NCBI GenBank assembly: GCA_965655095.1
Contig: OZ296659.1
Coordinates: 24,056,001 to 24,120,000, forward strand
DNA from: Haplodiscus bocki
Lineage: Eukaryota
DNA length: 64,000 bases
Reading direction: 5' to 3'
In this document: one piece after another, positions 42,270 through 54,200 of the stretch
Position numbering within the stretch: position 1 is the first letter of the stretch
How the letters are laid out: the number at the start of each line of letters is the position of its first letter
Translations under genes and position numbers: made by a program
Notes under the pieces: generated by a model
Told to the model about the DNA's origin: nothing
What the model saw: only the letters and a program-made list of their open reading frames with translations
The model's database searches: none

Positions 42270-45200
42270 GACAACTGGTTTCTGGATACACTTTCTATAA
42301 CGTAAACACATAGACGGACAAAACGCGAAAGTCACAAGAAGCAAAAGAACAAAGGATTAAATATGAGAATGTACAATTCATCTTTCATGCATCACAACCT
42401 AGTGCTAAACATCACATTCATTTCGAAAAAAGTTCCAACGGCGGATTGCATGCAGGACAAGAATGTGAAGCTACCTTTCATGTATCAGCCCCCAGTGCCG
42501 GACATGACGAAGTTCGACAAACTTAGGTTTTATTCAAAAAAATTTCTCATTAGTTTCGAAAAAAAACTTAGAACACACGTTCTACTGAAAAGCGGAACAC
42601 AGGATAAGTGAACGAACAAAGCAAAATCAGAAAGTAAAATCTCTTTCATGTAACAGAACTATTGAGGATCTGACAAACTAACGAAAAATTTTCGGCAACA
42701 ATAACAAGCTTGAAAAAGTTACAGCTGTCAAACTCAGGGGCAATAAAAAGGACGAAAATCCCTGGGTGAATATAGAGGAGGAAAATCAGAAACGTAACAG
42801 TAAGAAATATGAGAGATGAGAAGGTAAAATCTATTTTACATTTATCGGAACCCAGATTTGAAGATGACAAAAAACTCTACAAACCAGCGGAACAAACAAA
42901 TCGGCCAACATCCCGTTCGTGGACAACTGGTTTCTGGATGCACTTTCTATAACGTAAACACATAGACGGACAAAACGCCAAAGTCACAAGAAGCAAAAGA
43001 ACAAAAGATTAAATATGAGAATGTACAATTCATCTTTCGTGCATCACAACCCAGTGCTAAACATCACATTCATTTCGAAAAATGTTCAAACGGCGGATTG
43101 CATGCAGGACAAGAATGTGAAGATACCTTTCATGTACCGGCTCGCAGTGCCGAACATCACGAAGTTCGACAAACTTAGGTTTCATTCAAAAAAAACTTAT
43201 CATGAATCTGGAAAAAACTTAGAACACACGTTCTACTGAAAAGCGAAAAACAGGATAAGTGAACGAACAAAGCAAAATCAGAAATTAAAATCTCTTTCAT
43301 GTAACAGAACTATTGAAGATCTGACAAACTAACGAAAAATTTTCGGCAACAATAACAAGCTTGAAAAAGTTACAGCTGTCAAACTCAGGGGCAATAAAAA
43401 GGACGAAAATCCCTGGGTGAATATAGAGGAGGAAAATCAGAAACGTAACAGTAAGAAATATGAGAGATGAGAAGGTAAAATCTATTTTACATTTATCGGA
43501 ACCCAGATTTGAAGATGACAAAAAACTCTACAAACCAGCGGAACAAACAAATCGGCCAACATCCCGTTCGTGGACAACTGGTTTCTGGATGCACTTTCTA
43601 TAACGTAAACACATAGACGGACAAAACGCCAAAGTCACAAGAAGCAAAAGAACAAAAGATTAAATATGAGAATGTACAATTCATCTTTCGTGCATCATAA
43701 CCCCGTGCTAAACATCACATTCATTTCGAAAAATGTTCCAACGGCGGATTGCATGCAGGACAAGAATGTGAAGATACCTTTCATGTACCGGCTCGCAGTG
43801 CCGAACATCACGAAGTTCGACAAACTTAGGTTTCATTCAAAAAAAACTTATCATGAATCTGGAAAAAACTTAGAACACACGTTCTACTGAAAAGCGAAAA
43901 ACAGGATAAGTGAACGAACAAAGCAAAATCAGAAATTAAAATCTCTTTCATGTAACAGAACTATTGAAGATCTGACAAACTAACGAAAAATTTTCGGCAA
44001 CAATAACAAGCTTGAAAAAAGTTACAGCTGTCAAACTCAGGGGCAATAAAAAGGACGAAAATCCCTGGGTGAATATAGAGGAGGAAAATCAGAAACGTAA
44101 CAGTAAGAAATATGAGAGATGAGAAGGTAAAATCTATTTTACATTTATCGGAACCCAGATTTGAAGATGACAAAAAACTCTACAAACCAGCGGAACAAAC
44201 AAATCGGCCAACATCCCGTTCGTGGACAACTGGTTTCTGGATGCACTTTCTATAACGTAAACACATAGACGGACAAAACGCCAAAGTCACAAGAAGCAAA
44301 AGAACAAAGGATTAAATATGAGAATGTACAATTCATCTTTCATGCATCACAACACAGTGCTAAACATCACATTCATTCCGACAAATGTTCGAACGGCGGA
44401 TTGCATGCAGGACAAGAATGTGAAGCTACCTTTCATGTATCAGCCCCCAGTGCCGAACATCACGAAGTTCGCAAACTTAGGTTTCATTCAAAAAAATTTA
44501 CCATTAGTTTGGAAAAAAACTTTGAACACACGTTCTACTGAAAAGGGAAAAACAGAAGTGAACGAACAAAGCAAAAACTCTTTCATGTAACAGAACTATC
44601 GAAGATCTGACAAACTAAAGAACCCTTTTTATCAATAATTACAAGCTTCGAAAAAGTTGCGTTGTCACACTTTGGGGAAAAAAGGGCGAAAATCAGAAAG
44701 GAACAACCAGAGGTTTGATAGGTCGAAAGGCAAAAGGTATCTTACATGTATCAGAAAAAAGCTTTGAATATGACAAAAGTTTCTAAAAACCAACTGAACA
44801 AACAAACCGATCAACGTTTCGATCCTGGACATCTGGTTGCTGGATATATATTTCTGATACATCGACGACGGAAAAAACTCGAAAATCACGAGAAGCAAAT
44901 GAACAAAGGATTAGCAGGTAAATTTTATTTTTCATGTATCGGAACCCAGTGCTGAACATCACATTCATATCCACAAATGTTCGGAAAAAGAGGAAGAAAC
45001 GGAAAAAAGAACGGCGGGATGCATGCAGGACAAGAATGTGGAGCTACCTTTCATGTATCAGCCCCCAGTGCCGGACATCACGAAGTTCGACAAACTTACG
45101 TTTTTTTCACAAAAATTTCTCATTAGTTTCGAAAAAAACTTGGCACACGCGCTACTGAAAAGGGAAAAACAGGATAGGTGAGAACAAAGCAAAATCAGAA

Positions 45201-48200
45201 AGTAAAATCTCTTTCATGTAACAGAACTATTGAAGATCTGACAAACTAACAAAAAACTTTCGGCAACAAGAACAAGCTTGGAAAAAGTTACAGCTGTCAA
45301 ACTCAGGGGCAATAAAAAGGACGAAAATCCCTGGGTGAACATAGAGGAGGAAAATCAGAAACGTAACAGTCAGAACTATGAGAGATGAGAAGGTAAAATC
45401 TATTTTACATTTATCGGAACCCAGATTTGAAGATGACAAAAAACTCTACAAAAAAGCGGAACTAACAAATCGGCCAACATCCCGTTCGTGGACAACTGGT
45501 TCCTGGATACACTTTCTATAACGTAAACACATAGACGGACAAAACGCGAAAGTCACAAGAAGCAAAAGAACAAAGGATTAACTATGACAATGTACAATTC
45601 AGCTTTCATGTATCACAACCCAGTGCTAAACATCACATTCATTTCGACAGATGTTCGAACGGCGGATTGCACGCAGGACAAGAATCTGAAGCTACCTTTC
45701 ATGTATCAGCCCCCAGTGCCGAACATCACGAAGTTCGCAAACTTAGGTTTCATTCAATAAAATTTACCATTAGTTTGGAAGAAAATCTTAGAACACACGT
45801 TCTACTGAAAATGGAAAAACAAGAGAAGGGAACTAACAAAGCAAAATCAGAAAGTAAAATCTCTCATGTAAGAGAACTATCGAAGATCTGACAAACTAAA
45901 GAACCCTTTTTATCAATAACAACAAGCTTCGAAAAAGTTGCGCTGTCATACTTCGGGGAACAAAAACGACGGAAATCAGAAAGGAACAACCAGGGATTTG
46001 ATAGATCCAAAGGCAAAAGCTATCTTACAAGTATCAGAGAACAGATTTGAATATGACAAAAATTTCTACGAACCAACGGAACAAACAAATCGACCAACAT
46101 CACCATCTTGGACATCTGGTTTCCGGACCCAATTTTCTAAATCATAAATACATACACGGATAAAACGAAAAAGTCCCAAGAAGCAAAAGAACAAAGGATT
46201 AGTTATCAGAATGTAAAATTCATCTTTCATGTATCACAACCCAGTAATAAACATCACATTCAATTCGAAAAATGTTCAAAAAAAGAGGAAGAAACTGAAA
46301 AAGAACGGCGGGATGCATGCGGGACAAGAATGTGAAGCTACCTTTCATGCATCAGCCCCCAGTGCCGAACATCACGAAGTTCGAGGATCATAGGATTCAC
46401 TCAACAAAATTTATCATTAGTTTGGAAAAAAAATTAGAACACACCTTCTACTGAAAAGGGAAAAACGGGATAAGTGAACGAACAAAGCAAAATCAGAAAG
46501 TAAAATCTCTTTCATGTAAGAGAACTATCGAAGATCTGACAAACTAAAGAACCCTTTTTATCAATAATTACAAGCTTCGAAAAAGTTCCGTTGTCACATT
46601 TTGGGGAAATAGAGGACCAAAGTCAGAAAGGAACAACCAGGTTTGATAGATCGAAAGGCAAAACGTATCTTACATGTATCAGAAAATAGCTTTGAATATG
46701 ACAAAAGTTTCTAAAAACCAACTGAACAAACAAACCGATCAACGTTTCGATCCTGGACATCTGGTTGCTGGATATAATTTTCAGATACATCGACGACGGA
46801 AAAAACGCGAAAATCACCAGAAGCAAATGAACAAAGGATTAGCAGAAGGTAAATTTTATTTTTCATGTATCGGAACCCAGTGCTCAACATCACATTCATT
46901 TCGACAAATGTTCGGAAAAAGAGGAAGAAACGGAAAAAAGAGAACGGCGGGATGCATGCAGGACAAGAATGTGAAGCTACCTTTCATGTATCAGACCACA
47001 GTGCCGGACATCACGAAGTTCGACAAACTTAGGTTTTATTCAAAAAAATGTGTCATTAGTTTCGAAAAAACTTGAAACACACGTTCTACTGAAAAGGGAA
47101 AAACAGGATAAGTGAACGAACAAAGCAAAATCAGAAAGTAAAATCTCTATCAGGTAACAGAACTATCGAAGATCTGACAAACTAACGAAAAATTTTCGGC
47201 AACAATAACAAGCTTGAAAAAAGTTACAGCTGTCAAACTCAGGGGGAATAAAAAGGACGAAAATCCCTGGGTGAACATAGAGGAGGAAAATCAGAAACGT
47301 AACAGTAAGAAATATGAGAGATGAGAAGGTAAAATCTATTTTACATTTATCGGAACCCAGATTTGAAGATGACAAAAAACTCTACAAACAAGCGGAACTA
47401 ACAAATCGGCCAACATCCCGTTCGTGGACAACTGGTTCCTGGATACACTTTCTATAACGTAAACACATAGACGGACAAAACGCGAAAGTCACAAGAAGCA
47501 AAAAAACAAAGGATTAATTATGAGAAAGTACAATTCACCTTTCATGTATCACAACCCAGTGCTAAACAACACATTCATTTCGACAAATGTTCGAACGGCG
47601 GATTGCATGCAGGACAAAAATGTGAAGCTACCTTTCATGTATCAGCCCCCAGTGCCGAAGATCACGAAGTTCGCAAACTTAGGTTTCATTCAAAAAAAAT
47701 TCTGATTAGTTTCGAAAAAAACTTGGAACACACGTTCTACTGAAAAGGGAAAAACAGGATAAGTGAACGAACAAAGCAAAATCAGAAAGTAAAATCTCTT
47801 TCATGTAACAGAACTATCGAAGATCTGACAAACTAACGAAAAAATTTCGGCAACAATAACAAGCTTGAAAAAAGTTGCGCTGTCATAATTTGGGGAATAA
47901 AAAGGACGAAAATCAGAAAAGAACAACCAGGGTTTGATAGATCGAAAAGCAAAAGCTATACTACATGTATCAGAAAATAAATTTGAAGATGACAAATGTT
48001 TCTACAATCCAACTGAACAAACAAACCGATCAACGTTACGATCCTGAACATCTGGTTCCTGGATAATTTTCTGATACGTCGATGACGGAAAAAATCCGAA
48101 AATCACGAGAAGCAAATGAACAAAGGATTAGCAGAAGGTAAATTTTATTTTTCATGTATCGGAACCCAGTGCTGAAGATCACATTCATTTCGACAAATGT

Positions 48201-51200
48201 TCGGAAAAAGAGGAAGAAACGGAAAAAAGAGAACGGCGGGATGCATGCAGGACAAGAATGTGAAGCTACCTTTCATGTATCAGCCCACAGTGCCAGACAT
48301 CACGAAGTTCGACAAACATAGGTTTTATTCAAAAAAATTTCCGATTAGTTTCGAAAAAAACTTGGAACACACGTTCTACTGAAAAGGGAAAAACAGGATA
48401 AGTGAACGAACAAAGCAAAATCAGAAAGTAAAATCTCTTTCATGTAACAGAACTATCGAAGATCTGACAAACTAACGAAAAATTTTCGGCAACAATAACA
48501 AGCTTGAAAAAAGTTACAGCTGTCAAACTCAGGGGGAATAAAAAGGACGAAAATCCCTGGGTGAACATAGAGGAGGAAAATCAGAAACGTAACAGTCAGA
48601 ACTACGAGAGATGAGAAGGTAAAATCTATTTTACATTTATCGGAACCCAGATTTGAAGATGACAAAAAACTCTACAAACAAGCGGAACTAACAAATCGGC
48701 CAACATCCCGTTCGTGGACAACTGGTTCCTGGATACACTTTCTATAACGTAAACACATAGACGGACAAAACGCGAAAGTCACAAGAAGCAAAAAAACAAA
48801 GGATTAATTATGAGAAAGTACAATTCACCTTTCATGTATCACAACCCAGTGCTAAACAACACATTCATTTCGACAAATGTTCGAACGGCGGATTGCATGC
48901 AGGACAAGAATGTGAAGCTACCTTTCATGTATCAGCCCCCAGTGCCGAAGATCACGAAGTTCGCAAACTTAGGTTTCATTCAAAAAAACTTACCATTAGT
49001 TTGGAAGAAAAACTTTGAACACACGTTCTACTGAAAAGGGAAAAACAGAAGTGAACGAAAAAAGCAAAATCAGACAGTAAAATCTCTTTCATGTAACAGA
49101 ACCATCGAAGATCTGAAAAACTAAAGAACCCTTTTTATCAATAATTACAAGCTTCGAAAAAGTTGCGCTGTAATAATTTGGGGAATAAAAAGGACGAAAA
49201 TCAGAAAAGAACAACCAGGGTTTGATAGATCGAAAAGCAAAAGCTATCCTGCATGTATCAGAAAATAAATTTGAAGATGACAAATGTTTCTACAATCCAA
49301 CTGAACAAACAAACCGATCAACGTTACGATCCTGAACATCTGGTTCCTGGATAATTTTCTGATACGTCGATGACGGAAAAAATTCGAAAATCACGAGAAG
49401 CAAATGAACAAATGATTAGCAGGTAAATTTTATTTTTCATGTATCGGAACCCAGTGCTGAAGATCACATTCATTTCGACAAATGTTCGGAAAAAGAGGAA
49501 GAAACGGAAAAAAGAGAACGGCGGGATGCATGCAGGACAAGAATGTGAAGCTACCTTTCATGTATCAGCCCCCAGTGCCAGACATCACGAAGTTCGACAA
49601 ACATAGGTTTTATTCAAAAAAATTTCTGATTAGTTTCGAAAAAAACTTGGAACACACGTTCTACTGAAAAGGGAAAAACAGGATAAGTGAACGAACAAAG
49701 CAAAATCAGAAAGTAAAATCTCTTTCATGTAACAGAACTATCGAAGATCTGACAAACTAACGAAAAATTTTCGGCAACAATAACAAGCTTGAAAAAAGTT
49801 ACAGCTGTTAAACTCAGGGGGAATAAAAAGGACGAAAATCCCTGGGTGAACATAGAGGAGGAAAATCAGAAACGTAACAGTCAGAACTATGAGAGATGAG
49901 AAGGTAAAATCTATTTTACATTTATCGGAACCCAGATTTGAAGATGACAAAAAACTCTACAAACAAGCGGAACTAACAAATCGGCCAACATCCCGTTCGT
50001 GGACAACTGGTTCCTGGATACACTTTCTATAACGTAAACACATAGACGGACAAAACGCGAAAGTCACAAGAAGCAAAAAAACAAAGGATTAATTATGAGA
50101 AAGTACAATTCACCTTTCATGTATCACAACCCAGTGCTAAACAACACATTCATTTCGACAAATGTTCGAACGGCGGATTGCATGCAGGACAAGAATGTGA
50201 AGCTACCTTTCATGTATCAGCCCCCAGTGCCGAAGATCACGAAGTTCGCAAACTTAGGTTTCATTCAAAAAAACTTACCATTAGTTTGGAAGAAAAACTT
50301 TGAACACACGTTCTACTGAAAAGGGAAAAACAGAAGTGAACGAAAAAAGCAAAATCAGACAGCAAAATCTCTTTCATGTAACAGAACCATCGAAGATCTG
50401 AAAAACTAAAGAACCCTTTTTATCAATAATTACAAGCTTCGAAAAAGTTGCGCTGTAATAATTTGGGGAATAAAAAGGACGAAAATCAGAAAAGAACAAC
50501 CAGGGTTTGATAGATCGAAAAGCAAAAGCTATCCTACATGTATCAGAAAATAAATTTGAAGATGACAAATGTTTCTACAATCCAACTGAACAAACAAACC
50601 GATCAACGTTACGATCCTGAACATCTGGTTCCTGGATAATTTTCTGATACGTCGATGACGGAAAAAATTCGAAAATCACGAGAAGCATATGAACAAAGGA
50701 TTAGCAGAAGGTAAATTTTATTTTTCATGTACCGGAACCCAGTGCTGAAGATCACATTCATTTCGACAAATGTTCGGAAAAAGAGGAAGAAACGGAAAAA
50801 AGAGAACGGCGGGATGCATGCAGGACAAGAATGTGAAGCTACCTTTCATGTATCAGCCCCCAGTGCCACACATCACGAAGTTCGACAAACATAGGTTTTA
50901 TTCAAAAAAATTTCTCATTAGTTTCGAAAAAAAACTTGGAACACACGTTCTACAGAAAAGGGAAAAACAGGATAAGTGAACGAACAAAGCAAAATCAGAA
51001 AGTAAAATCTCTTTCATGTAACAGAACTATCGAAGATCTGACAAACTAACAAAAAATTTTCGGCAACAATAACAAGCTTGAAAAAAGTTACAGCTGTCAA
51101 ACTCAGGGGGAATAAAAAGGACGAAAATCCCTGGGTGAACATAGAGGAGGAAAATCAGAAACGTAACAGTCAGAACTATGAGAGATGAGAAGGTAAAATC

Positions 51201-54200
51201 TATTTTACATTTATCGGAACCCAGATTTGAAGATGACAAAAAACTCTACACACAAGCGGAACTAACAAATCGGCCAACATCCCGTTCGTGGACAACTGGT
51301 TCCTGGATACACTTTCTATAACGTAAACACATAGACGGACAAAACGCGAAAGTCACAAGAAGCAAAAAAACAAAGGATTAATTATGAGAAAGTACAATTC
51401 ACCTTTCATGTATCACAACCCAGTGCTAAACAACACATTCATTTCGACAAATGTTCGAACGGCGGATTGCATGCAGGACAAAAATGTGAAGCTACCTTTC
51501 ATGTATCAGCCCCCAGTGCCGAAGATCACGAAGTTCGCAAACTTAGGTTTCATTCAAAAAAACTTACCATTAGTTTGGAAGAAAAACTTTGAACACACGT
51601 TCTACTGAAAAGGGAAAAACAAGTGAACGAACAAAGCAAAATCAGACAGTAAAATCTCTTTCATGTAACAGAACTATCGAAGATCTGACAAACTAAAGAA
51701 CCCTTTTCATCAATAATTACAAGCTTCGAAAAAGTTGCGCTGTCATAATTTGGGGAATAAAAAGGACGAAAATCCCTGGGTGAACATAGAGGAGGAAAAT
51801 CAGAAACGTAACAGTCAGAACTATGAGAGATGAGAAGGTAAAATCTATTTTACATTTATCGGAACCCAGATTTGAAGATGACAAAAAACTCTACAAACAA
51901 GCGGAACTAACAAATCGGCCAACATCCCGTTCGTGGACAACTGGTTCCTGGATACACTTTCTAAAACGTAAACACATAGACGGACAAAACGCGAAAGTCA
52001 CAAGAAGCAAAAAAAACAAAGGATTAATTATGAGAAAGTACAATTCACCTTTCATGTATCACAACACAGTGCTAAACAACACATTCATTTCGACAAATGT
52101 TCGAACGGCGGATTGCATGCAGGACAAGAATGTGAAGCTACCTTTCATGTATCAGCCCCCAGTGCCGAAGATCACGAAGTTCGCAAACTTAGGTTTCATT
52201 CAAAAAAACTTACCATTAGTTTGGAAGAAAAACTTTGAACACACGTTCTACTGAAAAGGGAAAAACAGAAGTGAACGAACAAAGCAAAATCAGACAGTAA
52301 AATCTCTTTCATGTAACAGAACCATCGAAGATCTGAAAAACTAAAGAACCCTTTTTATCAATAATTACAAGCTTCGAAAAAGTTGCGCTGTCATAATTTG
52401 GGGAATAAAAAGAACGAAAATCAGAAAAGAACAACCAGGGTTTGATAGATCGAAAAGCAAAAGCTATCCTACATGTATCAGAAAATAAATTTGAAGATGA
52501 CAAATGTTTCTACAATCCAACTGAACAAACAAACCGATCAACGTTACGATCCTGAACATCTGGTTCCTGGATAATTTTCTGATACGTCGATGACTGAAAA
52601 AATTCGAAAATCACGAGAAGCAAATGAACAAAGGATTAGCAGAAGGTAAATTTTATTTTTCATGTACCGGAACCCAGTGCTGAAGATCACATTCATTTCG
52701 ACAAATGTTCGGAAAAAGAGGAAGAAACGGAAAAAAGAGAACGGCGGGATGCATGCAGGACAAGAATGTGAAGCTACCTTTCATGTATCAGCCCCCAGTG
52801 CCAGACATCACGAAGTTCGACAAACATAGGTTTTATTCAAAAAAATTTCTGATTAGTTTCGAAAAAAACTTGGAACACACGTTCTACTGAAAAGGGAAAA
52901 ACAGGATAAGTGAACGAACAAAGCAAAATCAGAAAGTAAAATCTCTTTCATGTAACAGAACTATCGAAGATCTGACAAACTAACAAAAATTTTTCGGCAA
53001 CAATAACAAGCTTGAAAAAAGTTACAGCTGTCAAACTCAGGGGGAATAAGAAGGACGAAAATCCCTGGGTGAACATAGAGGAGGAAAATCAGAAACGTAA
53101 CAGTCAGAACTATGAGAGATGAGAAGGTAAAATCTATTTTACATTTATCGGAACCCAGATTTGAAGATGACAAAAAACTCTACAAACAAGCGGAACTAAC
53201 AAATCGGCCAACATCCCGTTCGTGGACAACTGGTTCCTGGATACACTTTCTATAACGTAAACACATAGACGGACAAAACGCGAAAGTCACAAGAAGCAAA
53301 AAAACAAAGGATTAATTATGAGAAAGTACAATTCACCTTTCATGTATCACAACACAGTGCTAAACAACACATTCATTTCGACAAATGTTCGAACGGCGGA
53401 TTGCATGCAGGACAAGAATGTGAAGCTACCTTTCATGTATCAGCCCCCAGTGCCGAAGATCACGAAGTTCGCAAACTTAGGTTTCATTCAAAAAAACTTA
53501 CCATTAGTTTGGAAGAAAAACTTTGAACACACGTTCTACTGAAAAGGGAAAAACAGAAGTGAACGAACAAAGCAAAATCAGACAGTAAAATCTCTTTCAT
53601 GTAACAGAACCATCGAAGATCTGAAAAACTAAAGAACCCTTTTTATCAATAATTACAAGCTTCGAAAAAGTTGCGCTGTCATAATTTGGGGAATAAAAAG
53701 AACGAAAATCAGAAAAGAACAACCAGGGTTTGATAGATCGAAAAGCAAAAGCTATCCTACATGTATCAGAAAATAAATTTGAAGATGACAAATGTTTCTA
53801 CAATCCAACTGAACAAACAAACCGATCAACGTTACGATCCTGAACATCTGGTTCCTGGATAATTTTCTGATACGTCGATGACTGAAAAAATTCGAAAATC
53901 ACGAGAAGCAAATGAACAAAGGATTAGCAGAAGGTAAATTTTATTTTTCATGTACCGGAACCCAGTGCTGAAGATCACATTCATTTCGACAAATGTTCGG
54001 AAAAAGAGGAAGAAACGGAAAAAAGAGAACGGCGGGATGCATGCAGGACAAGAATGTGAAGCTACCTTTCATGTATCAGCCCCCAGTGCCAGACATCACG
54101 AAGTTCGACAAACATAGGTTTTATTCAAAAAAATTTCTGATTAGTTTCGAAAAAAACTTGGAACACACGTTCTACTGAAAAGGGAAAAACAGGATAAGTG

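Larger units (their letters stand above)
35951..43983. repeat. Near-identical direct duplication with 4,189 bp offset (35,951-39,794 matches 40,140-43,983), spanning the family I/II boundary
   Basis: ORF pairs share the same offset of 4,189: 35960/40149, 36741/40930, 37600/41789, 38174/42363, 39108/43297, 39477/43666. The private variant TCTAGGAAGG occurs at 35951 and 40140. Confidence 0.93.
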
